Part shown: positions 17,040 through 25,919 of the stretch, piece by piece
Layout: the number at the start of each line of letters is the position of its first letter
Numbering within the stretch: the stretch's first letter is position 1
DNA from: Nocardioides sp.
GTDB taxonomy: Bacteria > Actinomycetota > Actinomycetes > Propionibacteriales > Nocardioidaceae
Reading direction: 5' to 3' (one strand)
DNA length: 64,000 nucleotides
Assembly: GCF_039767735.1 (NCBI RefSeq)
Contig: NZ_JBDNBX010000053.1
Notes under the pieces: model-generated
Told to the model about the DNA's origin: nothing
What the model saw: the letters and a program-made list of their open reading frames with translations, nothing else
Database searches by the model: none
Made by a program: the position numbers and the translations under genes

Positions 17040-17999
17040 CTAGGGATCCCCGGCGACACCCTCGTGAACGACGGCTGACGTGCTCCGGACGGCTGGCCGA
17101 CCTCCAGGCCTCGGGACCCTGCTGGCGATCGCCCAGGCCACCAGGGCCAGCAGCAGGTCGGCCCCGGTGTGCAGCACCCGGACCAGGATCGCGACGGCCC
17201 CCGCCGCTCCGACGCCGAGCATCGGGCTGAGCAGGGCGACGAGGGTGACCTCCCGCGCTCCCACCCCCGCGGGAGCCACCACGATCGCGACTCCGACGGC
17301 GTAGGCCGTCGCGAAGGCGGCCGCGGCCCCGGGCAGCACCGACCAGGTCGGTTCGGGAGACAGGACGACGACGGCGCCGGCATAGCTCACCCAGGTCAGC
17401 GCCATCAGGGCGACCAGCCCGAGGACGTCGAGCCAGCGCAGTCCCAGTCGGGCGCCCGCCACCAGCCCGGCCAGCCGGTTGACCACGACGGGCAGGAGCG
17501 AGACCAGTGACACCAGCCCGAGGAGCGCGCCGGTCATCGGCGTGAGCGGACCGACGTCGACGCCGGCGGTGGCCACGACCCCGACGACGCCGGCGGCCGT
17601 GGCCAGGTTGAGCCCCAGGAACGTGAGCGAGGTGGAGGCCGTCACCCGAACCGGGACCCCGTGGTCGCGGGCGAGGTGGGCGTGAGCGCCGATCGACCAC
17701 ACACCGCCGGGCACGTACTTGCCCAGCTGGCCCACGAAGAAGACCGAGCGGCCCACCCCTGGCGGCAACGGATGCCCGAAGCCGCGCAGCAGCGCCAGCC
17801 AGGCGACCGAGGTCAGCCCCAGACCCAGCAGGACCAGGGCGCAGGCGCCGGCCACCGAGGACATCGACGTCGCGCCGATGGCCGACACGACCTCGTCGCC
17901 GTGGCCACGGAAGGCCAGCAGGGCTCCCGCCAGCACCACGACCAGGAACAGCCAGCGAGCCGCGCGCACCACCCGCGCCCGTCGCGTCGGGCCGGCCAT
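17040..17999 (-). CDS. UPF0104 / lysylphosphatidylglycerol-synthase-TM-like (flippase-like) membrane protein
   Basis: Polytopic protein with the family-like motif FFVGQLGKYVPGGVW. ATG at 17999 shares one base with the stop of the upstream methyltransferase (TGATG). Confidence 0.6.
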   Translation of the reverse strand: MAGPTRRARVVRAARWLFLVVVLAGALLAFRGHGDEVVSAIGATSMSSVAGACALVLLGLGLTSVAWLALLRGFGHPLPPGVGRSVFFVGQLGKYVPGGVWSIGAHAHLARDHGVPVRVTASTSLTFLGLNLATAAGVVGVVATAGVDVGPLTPMTGALLGLVSLVSLLPVVVNRLAGLVAGARLGLRWLDVLGLVALMALTWVSYAGAVVVLSPEPTWSVLPGAAAAFATAYAVGVAIVVAPAGVGAREVTLVALLSPMLGVGAAGAVAILVRVLHTGADLLLALVAWAIASRVPRPGGRPAVRSTSAVVHEGVAGDP

Positions 18000-18730
18000 C
18001 ACTCGCCGACCGGGCGGGAGAGGAGCGCGGTCCGGGTGGGGTAGGGCAGTGCCGGGGTCCGACCGCGGGTCCAGCGCACCCGGACGCCGTCGGGGCCGGA
18101 GGGCAGGCTGCCGATCGCCGCGCGGTAGCGACCCCGCTCCACGTTGTCGACGACGACCAGGCCACCCGGCCGCAGCCGGCGGAGCGCGCGCGCCAGGCAC
18201 GCCTCGCGGGCCCGACCGTCGACGACGATGACGTCGAAGTCGCCCTCGACGCGGTCCAGGGCGGCGACGTAGTCGGAGAAGTCCAGGCCGGCGAAGCCCG
18301 GCTTGGACGAGGCCGTCGCCGGGGACTCGCAGGGGTGCGGCTCGACGAGGATGAGCGTGGCGTTGCCCGGCAGCACCGGCACCAGCTGCCGGGCCCAGGC
18401 GGCATCGTGCTCGACACTGGTCACCGATGCGGCGCGGGTGCTCAACCAGACCGTCGAGGCGCCCGAGCCCCACTCGAAGACGCGGGCGTCCACGCGGTCC
18501 GCGAGGAAGGCCTGCACCTCGTCGGCGGCGGCGAAGGTCCACCAGGGGGTGTCGAGCGCCACGAGGTCGTCGAGGTCGTGCACGGCGAACCACGAGCGCA
18601 CCCACAGGCCGGTCCGGGACCGTGCCGCCCACCTGTCGAGCGCACCCAGCACGCCGGTGGCCGCGAGCACGGCGCGCACTCCGCGTAGCACGGCGACGTA
18701 GGCGTGCTTCACCCTGACCGACAGGCTCAC
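17999..18730 (-). CDS. membrane-anchored class I SAM-dependent methyltransferase
   Basis: N-terminal TM helix, then motif I-like VFEWGSGASTVWL and an acidic post-I/II pattern (VIVVDG). GTG at 18730 overlaps the upstream stop (GTGA). Confidence 0.6.
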   Translation of the reverse strand: MSLSVRVKHAYVAVLRGVRAVLAATGVLGALDRWAARSRTGLWVRSWFAVHDLDDLVALDTPWWTFAAADEVQAFLADRVDARVFEWGSGASTVWLSTRAASVTSVEHDAAWARQLVPVLPGNATLILVEPHPCESPATASSKPGFAGLDFSDYVAALDRVEGDFDVIVVDGRAREACLARALRRLRPGGLVVVDNVERGRYRAAIGSLPSGPDGVRVRWTRGRTPALPYPTRTALLSRPVGE

Positions 18731-20844
18731 GGAGCCACCTCCGGCAGCGGCGCGACGTGGAGGTCGGTGAGTCGCAGCGCACCAGGCGTGGGCGTCGAGA
18801 GCGTCAGCACGACGCGGCCGGCACCGAGGAGCGAGAGGACCGCAGGCGACATCTCGGCACGCAGCGAGACGTCGTCGCCGAGCACGGCCAGGGGCGCGCC
18901 GTTGGCGGCGAGGAAGGCACCCGCGAGCCCGGTGCCGCTGAGGGAGAGGGAGAGCCCGGGCGTCGAGCCAGCCGGCAGGGCGAAGCCGATCTCGGAGCTG
19001 CGTGCCTCCAGGCCGGCGCCCGGCAGGGCCTGGTTCATCCCCCACGAGCCCCGCAGGTAGTCGGCTCCGGTGCCGTCGCCGTCGAAGGAGACCCGCCCGT
19101 CGCCGGGCAGTGGCTCGAGGACCAGGTCGCACCGGGCCACCGTCGACATCGGCACCTCACGCCACCACAGGCGTCGCGTCACCTGGTCGAGCACGTCGCA
19201 GTTGCTCCCGATGAAGGCGCTCCCGGCGTCGACGGCCACGAACCGCCTGGGGTCCGGGTCGCCGACCTCGGCGGGGCGCAGCGCGTCGTACGGGGCCAGC
19301 GGCCCGATCAGGTCGACCGAGCAGTCCTCGCGGCTCTCCGAGGAGCGTGGGAGGAACCGTTCGTCGGCGTCGATCTGAGGCGTGCACGTCACGAAGCCCG
19401 CGCGCGGCACCGACGGGGCCAGCTCGCGCACGCTGGTACGCCAGTAGTCGGTCTGCACCTCGAGGTCGCGGTCGTGGGCGGCCGCGATCGGGCTGACGAC
19501 GGCGGCCGGGATGCTGCTGAAGGCGTAGGAGTAGGGGAAGAGCTGCACCTGGACGAGCACGGGCACGGCGATGGCGGCTGCGCCGAGCACGGGGGCCAGG
19601 CCTCGCCGCCGGGGCGCCGTGTCCCGCGCGGCCGCGGCCGCCCGCCACCGGACGAGCGCCGCGAGCGCGAGCGTCACCAGCATCGCCAGCGCGGGCGCGG
19701 CGAAGAGGAGCTGACGCAGCCCGGTGTAGAGGTTGGACTGGCGCAGCACCGCGATCGTCGGCAGGGCGAAGGCCTGCAGCAGCACGAGCGACCAGGCCGC
19801 CTCGTGCCACACCTCGCCGCCCGGACCGCGCGCGGGACGCGCCGCCAGACGTCGTACGACGATCGTGGCGCCGACGCCACCGAGGACCAGCAGGAGCGTC
19901 GGCAGCTCGATGACGAGGAAGAGCGGCAGGTAGTACCAGGCGCCCTGCTTGCCGTCGTAGTTCGCCGAGGCCAGCGCGCCCTCGACGAGCGCGGTCAGCG
20001 GCGTGGAGAACGCCGCCGGGTAGAGGGCCACCAGGATGCCCAGCGCCAGGGCGGGAGCGGCGAGCAGGACCGCGGCCCGGCGCCACTGGCGACGCAGCAC
20101 CAGCACGAGCAGCACGACTCCCCCGGCGAGGGCGAGCCCCGGCCAGATGCCCGGGCGGGTCCCGACCGCGAGGACCAGGCCGGCGACGATGGTGGCGGCG
20201 CCGGCCGCCACCCAGCCCTCCCGGCGGTCCACGCGCAGCACGACGACCAGCCCCAGGGTGACCAGCGTGTAGCCGCTCGCGACGGGGACGTCCTTGACGT
20301 TGAACATCGCGTGCCCGGTCCAGGTCGGGACCGCGACGAGCACACCCGCCGCGATCAGGGCCCATCCCCACGAGCGCAGCAGCAGCCGCACGAGGGTGGC
20401 GGTGGCGGCGACGCCGAGCAGGGAGATCAGCACGACGCCGAGGTGGCGTACGGCGTAGGCCTGGTCGGTCGCGGCGACGGTGCCCGGGGAGTCGACGCCC
20501 CACAGCATCGACCACGCGTGCAGCAGACCCATCGTGGCCGGGGCGTAGACGTAGCGCTGATCGACCCAGGCTCCGGGGCCGGGCCCGTCGAGGTCCTGGT
20601 CTAGGAGGTACCACCCGTGCTAGAGGTAGTTGCGCATCCGCACCACGTGGTAGGTCTCGTCCCAGGACACGCCCGTGCGCCAGGCGCCGCTCACCGCGAT
20701 CGCGATCCCCACGCCCAGGGCCACCCCGGCGACCAGCACGAGCCCGCGCGGCGGCGCGGGCACCGACCACCGCGTCGAGGACGTGACGGGAGCAGGAGCG
20801 TCGGCGACCTCGACCCGGTCCGGCCCGGTGACCGCGCTGGTCAT
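18727..20844 (-). pseudogene. GT-C-fold membrane glycosyltransferase (ArnT/PMT-like) interrupted by an in-frame TAG at 20620..20622
   Basis: The frame opening at ATG 20844 (ATGA overlap with the GT2 gene) encodes TM1 plus a loop SWDETYHVVRMRNYL, then TAG. The same frame continues to 18727 (track ORFs 20620..21831 and 18727..20532 are in phase). The product would have more than 10 TM segments and a roughly 200-aa C-terminal extracytoplasmic domain. Confidence 0.55.
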
Positions 20845-21767
20845 GTCCGTCGCTCGGTCGTGGCGGTCCGGTTGCGGGCGTGGACGACCAGCTCGGCCAG
20901 CAGGCCGAACAGGCTCAGCTGGAGTCCCACCATCACCATCAGGACGCCGGCGATGAGCAGCGGTCGGTCGCCGATCGGTTGGCCCGTCAGCTTGACCACG
21001 GTGAGGTAACCGAGGATCGCCGTGCCCAGCAGGAAGGTGAGCGCCCCGACGCCCCCGAACAGGTGGGAGGGACGGTTCTCGTAGCTCAGCAGGAAACGGA
21101 TGGTGACCAGGTCGGAGAAGCCCCGCCAGAAGCGCGCCAGACCGTACTTGCTGACCCCCGACATCCGGGGGTGGTGCTCGACCGGCACCTCGGCGACGCA
21201 GTACCCCAGGGCGTGGGCGACCACCGTGAGGTAGCGGTGCATCTCGCCGTACAGCATCGGGGAGACGGCACGGGCGACGTCGGCGCGCATCGCCTTGAAG
21301 CCCGAGTTGAAGTCGCGCCCCGGCGCACCCGAGAGCACCCCGGTCACCCGGTTGTACAGGCGCGAGGTGGTCCGCTTGACGAAACGGTCGCGTCGGGTGA
21401 GCCGAGCGCCCGTGACGAGGTCGGCGCCCTCCTCCAGGCGGTGCAGCAGCCGCTCGAGCTCGCGGGGGTCGTCCTGTCCGTCGGCGTCCATCATCACGAC
21501 GGTCCGCGCCCCCTCGGCGAGCGCACGGTCGAAGCCCCGTCGCAGTGCCGGCGCCTTGCCCTGGTTGTGACCCATCGCCTCGTAGGCCACCGCGGGGTGC
21601 TCGGCCATCAGCGCGGCCACCACCTTGGCGGTGTCGTCGGTCGAGCCGTCGTCGACCACCAGCACCCGGCCGCCGGGCGCGTACGTCGACACCTCGGCCA
21701 CGACCCGAGGCACCAGCGCGGCGAGGTTGTCGGCCTCGTCGAGCGCGGGGATCACCACCCACAGCAT
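20841..21767 (-). CDS. GT2 polyprenyl-phosphate glycosyltransferase (ArnC/GtrB/Ppm-like) with two C-terminal TM helices
   Basis: MLWVVIPALDEADNL, VVDDGSTDDT, MDADGQDDP (DxD), and a C-terminal membrane hairpin LFGGVGALTFLLGTAILGY...LLIAGVLMVMVGLQLSLFGLL. Confidence 0.85.
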   Translation of the reverse strand: MLWVVIPALDEADNLAALVPRVVAEVSTYAPGGRVLVVDDGSTDDTAKVVAALMAEHPAVAYEAMGHNQGKAPALRRGFDRALAEGARTVVMMDADGQDDPRELERLLHRLEEGADLVTGARLTRRDRFVKRTTSRLYNRVTGVLSGAPGRDFNSGFKAMRADVARAVSPMLYGEMHRYLTVVAHALGYCVAEVPVEHHPRMSGVSKYGLARFWRGFSDLVTIRFLLSYENRPSHLFGGVGALTFLLGTAILGYLTVVKLTGQPIGDRPLLIAGVLMVMVGLQLSLFGLLAELVVHARNRTATTERRT

Positions 21768-21898
21768 GCGGGTGATGCTCGCCGGGGCGGGTGAACAGCG
21801 GTCGAGGTCCGAGCGACCCGGGCGCAGCCATCAGACGTCCGCTGGCCGGTCGTGCCGACCACCCGACAGGGGTGTCGGGACTGCCCTACCCTCACGAC

Positions 21899-22366
21899 AT
21901 GGGTCTGCTCACACCTCTCGCCGTGCGCATCGGCGCGCTCTCCTGGATGCCGAAGCTCCTGCCCCAGGTCGTCTGGGTCGACACCCGCCTGCAGCGGGCG
22001 ACCCGCGGCAAGGTCACCGTCCTCGACATCGCCGGGCTGCCCAACCTCGCGCTGACCGTGCCGGGACGCAAGAGCGGCATCCCGCGCACCACGCCGCTGC
22101 TGTGCGTGCCGCACGAGGGCGGCTGGCTGATCGCCGGCTCCTACTTCGGCGGGCCCGACGTGCCGTTGTGGGTCGGCAACCTGCGCGCCAGCGAGACCGC
22201 GACGGTCACGGTCGACGGGGTGCCGCACACGGTCTCCTGGCGCGAGGTGGAGGGGGACGAGCGCGCCACCCTGTGGCGGGTGATGCTGCGCACCTGGCCC
22301 AACTTCGCGAAGTACGAGGAGCGCACCACCCGGCTGATCCCGGTCTTCTACCTCCAGCCGGTCTGA
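21899..22366 (+). CDS. deazaflavin (F420)-dependent nitroreductase-family protein (Ddn-like)
   Basis: 155 aa with the family pattern TVPGRKSGIPRTTPLLCV..GGWLIAGSYFGGPDVPLWVGNLRA. ATG at 21899. Confidence 0.7.
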   Translation: MGLLTPLAVRIGALSWMPKLLPQVVWVDTRLQRATRGKVTVLDIAGLPNLALTVPGRKSGIPRTTPLLCVPHEGGWLIAGSYFGGPDVPLWVGNLRASETATVTVDGVPHTVSWREVEGDERATLWRVMLRTWPNFAKYEERTTRLIPVFYLQPV

Positions 22367-22373
22367 GCCGGTC

Positions 22374-23321
22374 GTGGCGATCCGGCTCGGGCAGCACCCC
22401 GCCCCGAGGCACGTCGTGGCCCATCTCAGCGACCCGCACCTGCTCGCCGACGGCGCTCGGCAGTACGGCGCGGTCGACACCGACGCCGGGCTGGTGCGGG
22501 CCCTGGCGCGGCTGCGCCAGGTCGACCCGCCGCCGCAGGTGATCGTCTTCACCGGCGACCTGGCCGACAAGGCCGAGCCCGCGGCGTACGCCCGGCTGCG
22601 TGAGCTCGTCGAGCCGCTCGCCGAGGAGATGGGGTCGCAGGTCGTGTGGACGATGGGCAACCACGACGAGCGGGCGCCGTACGCCGCCGGGCTCTTCGGG
22701 GTGAGCGATCCCGAGCGGCAGGTGGCCCCGCAGGACCGGGTGCACGACGTGGACGGGCTCCGCGTGATCGCGCTCGACACCAGCGTCCCCGGCTACCACC
22801 ACGGCGCGATCGACGCCGAGCAGCTCGGGTGGCTCGCGGGGGTCCTGGCGACCCCGTCCGCGCACGGCTCGGTGCTGGCCCTGCACCATCCGCCGATCCC
22901 GGTGCCGATGCTGCGCGCCGCCGAGGTCATCGAGCTGGCCGACCAACACCTGCTCGCCGAGGTCGTCGGCGGCACCGACGTCCGGGCGATCATCGGCGGC
23001 CACTTCCACTTCTCCAGCTTCTCCACCTTCGCCGGCATCCCGGTCTCGGTGGCCTCGGCCAGCTGCTACACCAGTGACCCCGCTCCGCTGGACCGCTTCG
23101 TCTCGGGCGTCGACGGGCACCAGGCCTTCACGATGCTGCACCTCTACGAGGACCGCGTCGTGCACACGATCGTGCCCGCGCAGAGCGCCGTGGAGGTGAG
23201 CGGCTTCGCCGCGGGCGTCGCCGCCGTCGTGGAGGCGATCGACCCGGCGGAGCGCCGCGAGATCCTGTCGCGCAAGGACTCCGACTTCAACCGCAAGATC
23301 GTGGGCCCGCCCCGGGCCTGA
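22374..23321 (+). CDS. metallophosphoesterase, CpdA/Rv0805-like 3',5'-cyclic-nucleotide phosphodiesterase
   Basis: Calcineurin-like motifs HLSDPHL, FTGDLAD, GNHDE, LHHPP, GHFH. Confidence 0.75.
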   Translation: MAIRLGQHPAPRHVVAHLSDPHLLADGARQYGAVDTDAGLVRALARLRQVDPPPQVIVFTGDLADKAEPAAYARLRELVEPLAEEMGSQVVWTMGNHDERAPYAAGLFGVSDPERQVAPQDRVHDVDGLRVIALDTSVPGYHHGAIDAEQLGWLAGVLATPSAHGSVLALHHPPIPVPMLRAAEVIELADQHLLAEVVGGTDVRAIIGGHFHFSSFSTFAGIPVSVASASCYTSDPAPLDRFVSGVDGHQAFTMLHLYEDRVVHTIVPAQSAVEVSGFAAGVAAVVEAIDPAERREILSRKDSDFNRKIVGPPRA

Positions 23322-23360
23322 CGTGTACGGGCGTGGCCCCCCCAGCCAATCCGGGCCATG

Positions 23361-23380
23361 CCGGGCCGGGCCGGGCCGGG
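23361..23380. repeat. (CCGGG)x4 pentanucleotide microsatellite
   Basis: Read directly: ccgggccgggccgggccggg, with a fifth copy 10 nt upstream (23351..23355). It is intergenic. Confidence 0.9.
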
Positions 23381-23398
23381 GTCGAGGGGGAAATGGTC

Positions 23399-23432
23399 GA
23401 AGCCGCGGACCGGATCGCGGTCACGCGGCTTC
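23399..23432. terminator. compound hairpin between the cpdA-like gene and tRNA-Tyr (convergent 3' ends)
   Basis: GAAGCCGCG-GACCG-gatcg-CGGTC-a-CGCGGCTTC: 9 + 5 bp stems, starting 3 nt after the tRNA-Tyr 3' end. Confidence 0.5.
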
Positions 23433-23434
23433 AG

Positions 23435-23516
23435 TGGCAGGTGCTGGATTCGAACCAGCGTAGGCTGTGCCGGCTGATTTACAGTCAGCTCCCTTTGGCC
23501 GCTCGGGCAACCTGCC
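23435..23516 (-). tRNA. tRNA-Tyr (anticodon GTA), class II with long variable arm
   Basis: Hand-folded 82 nt on the minus strand: acceptor GGCAGGT/ACCTGCC, anticodon stem-loop GCTGA-CTGTAAA-TCAGC, long variable arm, T-arm GCTGG-TTCGAAT-CCAGC. Confidence 0.85.
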
Positions 23517-23640
23517 GGGGTGTCGTCCGCACTGCTGGGCGTGGCTTTGGCCGTGCGGCAACGAGGCGAAACAATAGCGCAGGCCTCACCCGATCCGACA
23601 ATCGCTGGGCTCGACCCGGCCGACGTACAGGAGCACACCC

Positions 23641-24132
23641 ATGGGCGACTCGTCCTTCGACATCGTGAGCAAGATCGACCGCCAGGAGGTCGACAACGCC
23701 CTCGGGCAGACCGCTCGGGAGATCGCGACCCGGTTCGACTTCAAGGGCACCGGCGCGAGCATCGAGTGGGCCGGCGACGAGGCGATCGAGATCAGCGCCT
23801 CCGCCGACGACCGCGCCACCGCCGTGCTCGACGTCTTCAAGGGCAAGCTGGTCAAGCGCGACGTCAGCCTCAAGGTCCTCGACGCCTCCGAGCCGCGACA
23901 GTCCGGGCAGCAGTCGAAGATCGGGATCGCCCTCAAGGAGGGGATCAGCTCCGAGGACGCCAAGAAGATCTCCAAGCTCATCCGCGACGAGGGACCCAAG
24001 GGAGTCAAGGCCCAGATCCAGGGCGACGAGCTCCGCGTGTCGTCAAAGAAGCGGGACGACCTGCAGGCCGTCATCGCCCTGGTCAAGGGGCAGGACTACG
24101 AGTTCGCGGTGCAGTTCACCAACTACCGCTGA
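23641..24132 (+). CDS. yajQ: YajQ-family nucleotide-binding protein (UPF0234)
   Basis: [36 protein letters not shown]... is near-canonical YajQ. AGGAG lies about 7 nt upstream of the ATG. Confidence 0.85.
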   Translation: MGDSSFDIVSKIDRQEVDNALGQTAREIATRFDFKGTGASIEWAGDEAIEISASADDRATAVLDVFKGKLVKRDVSLKVLDASEPRQSGQQSKIGIALKEGISSEDAKKISKLIRDEGPKGVKAQIQGDELRVSSKKRDDLQAVIALVKGQDYEFAVQFTNYR

Positions 24133-24205
24133 TCGTCTCCCCTGGCTTGCGGCCCGCGGACGGGAGTCGATGTCACGCGTCGCGCGGACGGGCATCGGCC
24201 CCCCA

Positions 24206-25120
24206 TCACCCCCCGCCGGCGGTGAAGCCGGTGAGCCCGCGCCTGGCGCGCACGCGCTGGCCGATCGAGGAGAAGACGAACGACGCGAGCATGCCGATGA
24301 CGAGCACCACGATCATCAGCGCCAGCAGGTTGGCGGACTGACCGTTGACGGCGGCCTGGTTGAGCTGGGTGCCGAGGGCCGGCACCTCGGGGATGGACAC
24401 GATGATCTCGCCCGCCAGCAGACCCCGCCAGGCGAAGGCCCACCCCTGGCTGAGGCCGGCGACGTAGGCCGGCAGCGCCGCGGGGATCACCACGAAGCGG
24501 TACCGGCGCCACCCCCGGGCCCCGAGCATGTGACCGGCGCGCAGGTACGACGGTGGCACGTCGTCGATGCCGTTGATGATGCCGTTGGCGATGGAGGGGA
24601 TCGCGCCCATCAGGACCACGAAGTAGATCGCCGAGCTGTCGAGGCCGAAGAGCAGGATCGCGAATGGGAACCACACGATGGACGGCATCGTCTGCAGACC
24701 CGTGATCATCGCGCCGATCGCGTTGCGCAGCACGCGCCACTGGGAGACGGCGATCCCCAGGATCGTGCCGATCACCAGCGAGAGGGCGAAGCCCTGGATG
24801 CCGCGCATGATCGTGTTCTGGACGCCCATCCAGAAGTTGAACGGGCCGTTGCCGCTCATCACGAACCACAGCCGCTCGACGGTGTCGGCCGGCGAGGCGA
24901 AGCGGTAGTCGGGCTTCCACCCGGAGGCGTAGATGGCCTGCCACAGCGCCACCACGATCAGGACGGCGAGCAGCTTGGGCCACACCACCTCCACCGCACG
25001 TCGGACGCCGGGCCCGGGGCGCGCGGCACGCCGCGACGGCTCCCCCGTGGCCGGGGAAGGAGATGCTCCGCGGGACGTCGGCGTCCCGGTGCCGATGCCG
25101 GAGGACAGGTCAACGGACAT
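24206..25120 (-). CDS. ABC transporter permease (nitrate/sulfonate/taurine/bicarbonate, SsuC/TauC-like)
   Basis: Six-TM BPD-type permease with the EAA-like loop YLRAGHMLGARGWRRYRFVVIPAALP. It overlaps the ATPase gene by 11 nt. Confidence 0.8.
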   Translation of the reverse strand: MSVDLSSGIGTGTPTSRGASPSPATGEPSRRAARPGPGVRRAVEVVWPKLLAVLIVVALWQAIYASGWKPDYRFASPADTVERLWFVMSGNGPFNFWMGVQNTIMRGIQGFALSLVIGTILGIAVSQWRVLRNAIGAMITGLQTMPSIVWFPFAILLFGLDSSAIYFVVLMGAIPSIANGIINGIDDVPPSYLRAGHMLGARGWRRYRFVVIPAALPAYVAGLSQGWAFAWRGLLAGEIIVSIPEVPALGTQLNQAAVNGQSANLLALMIVVLVIGMLASFVFSSIGQRVRARRGLTGFTAGGG

Positions 25121-25919
25121 GGCGCGCCACCTCCGCCTTGAGCAGGTGGGTCAGGCGGCCGGCACGCTCGGTGACGCGTTGGTCCTCGAGGTGGCGGGGT
25201 CGGGGCAGGTCGTGCATCGCGTGGATCTCCTTCACCCGGCCGGGCCCGGACTCCATCAGCACGGTGCGGTCGGAGAGCCGCACGGCCTCGCGGACGTTGT
25301 GGGTGACGAACAGGACGGTGAGGCCCAGCTCGGCCCACAGACCTTCGATCTCGTCGTGCATGGCATCACGCGTCATCGCGTCGAGGGCGGCGAACGGCTC
25401 GTCCATCAGCACGATGTCGGCGTCCTGCGCCAGCACCCGCGCCAGGGCCCCGCGCTGGCGCATCCCGCCCGACAGCTCGTGGGGTCGCCGGTGTCCCCGA
25501 CCGCCGAGGCGCACCTTCTCCAAGAGCTCCTCCACCCGTTCGGGACGCGCCGAGCGCGGCACGCCCGTGAGCCGCAGGGCGAGGTCGACGTTCTGCCCGA
25601 GGGTCAACCACGGGAAGAGCGTCGCCTCCTGGAACATGAAGGCGATCTTGTTGCCGGCGGTGTCGACCGTGCCGCTGGTGGGACTGTCGAGGCCGGCAAC
25701 GAGGTTGAGCAGCGTGGACTTGCCGCAGCCGCTCGCCCCGAGCAGGCAGACGAACTCGCCGCGCTCGACGAGCAGGTCGACCTCGTGGAGCGCCACGACG
25801 GCGTCCGGGCCGCGCCCGAAGACCTTCGAGACCTCGCTGATGGACACGGCCGGCGCGCGGGTGCGCGCAGGGAGGGATCCCTCGGCCAGCTCGTGGCGGG
25901 GAGTGGTCGTCGTGCTCAT
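25110..25919 (-). CDS. ABC transporter ATP-binding protein (SsuB/TauB-like)
   Basis: Walker A GASGCGKST, signature LSGGMRQR, Walker B IVLMDEPF. ATG at 25919 overlaps the binding-protein stop (ATGA). Confidence 0.85.
   Translation of the reverse strand: MSTTTTPRHELAEGSLPARTRAPAVSISEVSKVFGRGPDAVVALHEVDLLVERGEFVCLLGASGCGKSTLLNLVAGLDSPTSGTVDTAGNKIAFMFQEATLFPWLTLGQNVDLALRLTGVPRSARPERVEELLEKVRLGGRGHRRPHELSGGMRQRGALARVLAQDADIVLMDEPFAALDAMTRDAMHDEIEGLWAELGLTVLFVTHNVREAVRLSDRTVLMESGPGRVKEIHAMHDLPRPRHLEDQRVTERAGRLTHLLKAEVARHVR

Noticed and set aside
14368-18417. A 1349-aa open reading frame on the minus strand, the longest ORF in the track, which could be read as a giant novel protein.
   Set aside because: It is a shadow ORF. 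Its translation is Arg/Pro/Gly/Ala low-complexity sequence with no motifs. It runs through the regions occupied by four well-supported genes (the GT4, MptB-like, UPF0104 and methyltransferase genes), antisense to one and out of frame with the others. In genomes above 70% GC, stop codons are rare in non-coding frames.
20601-20629. The direct repeat CTAGGAGGTA ... CTAGAGGTA flanking the in-frame TAG, considered as a programmed recoding or slippery signal.
   Set aside because: The reading frame is unchanged across the stop, so no frameshift is needed. I know of no recoding signal of this form. It is kept only as context for the amber-stop finding.
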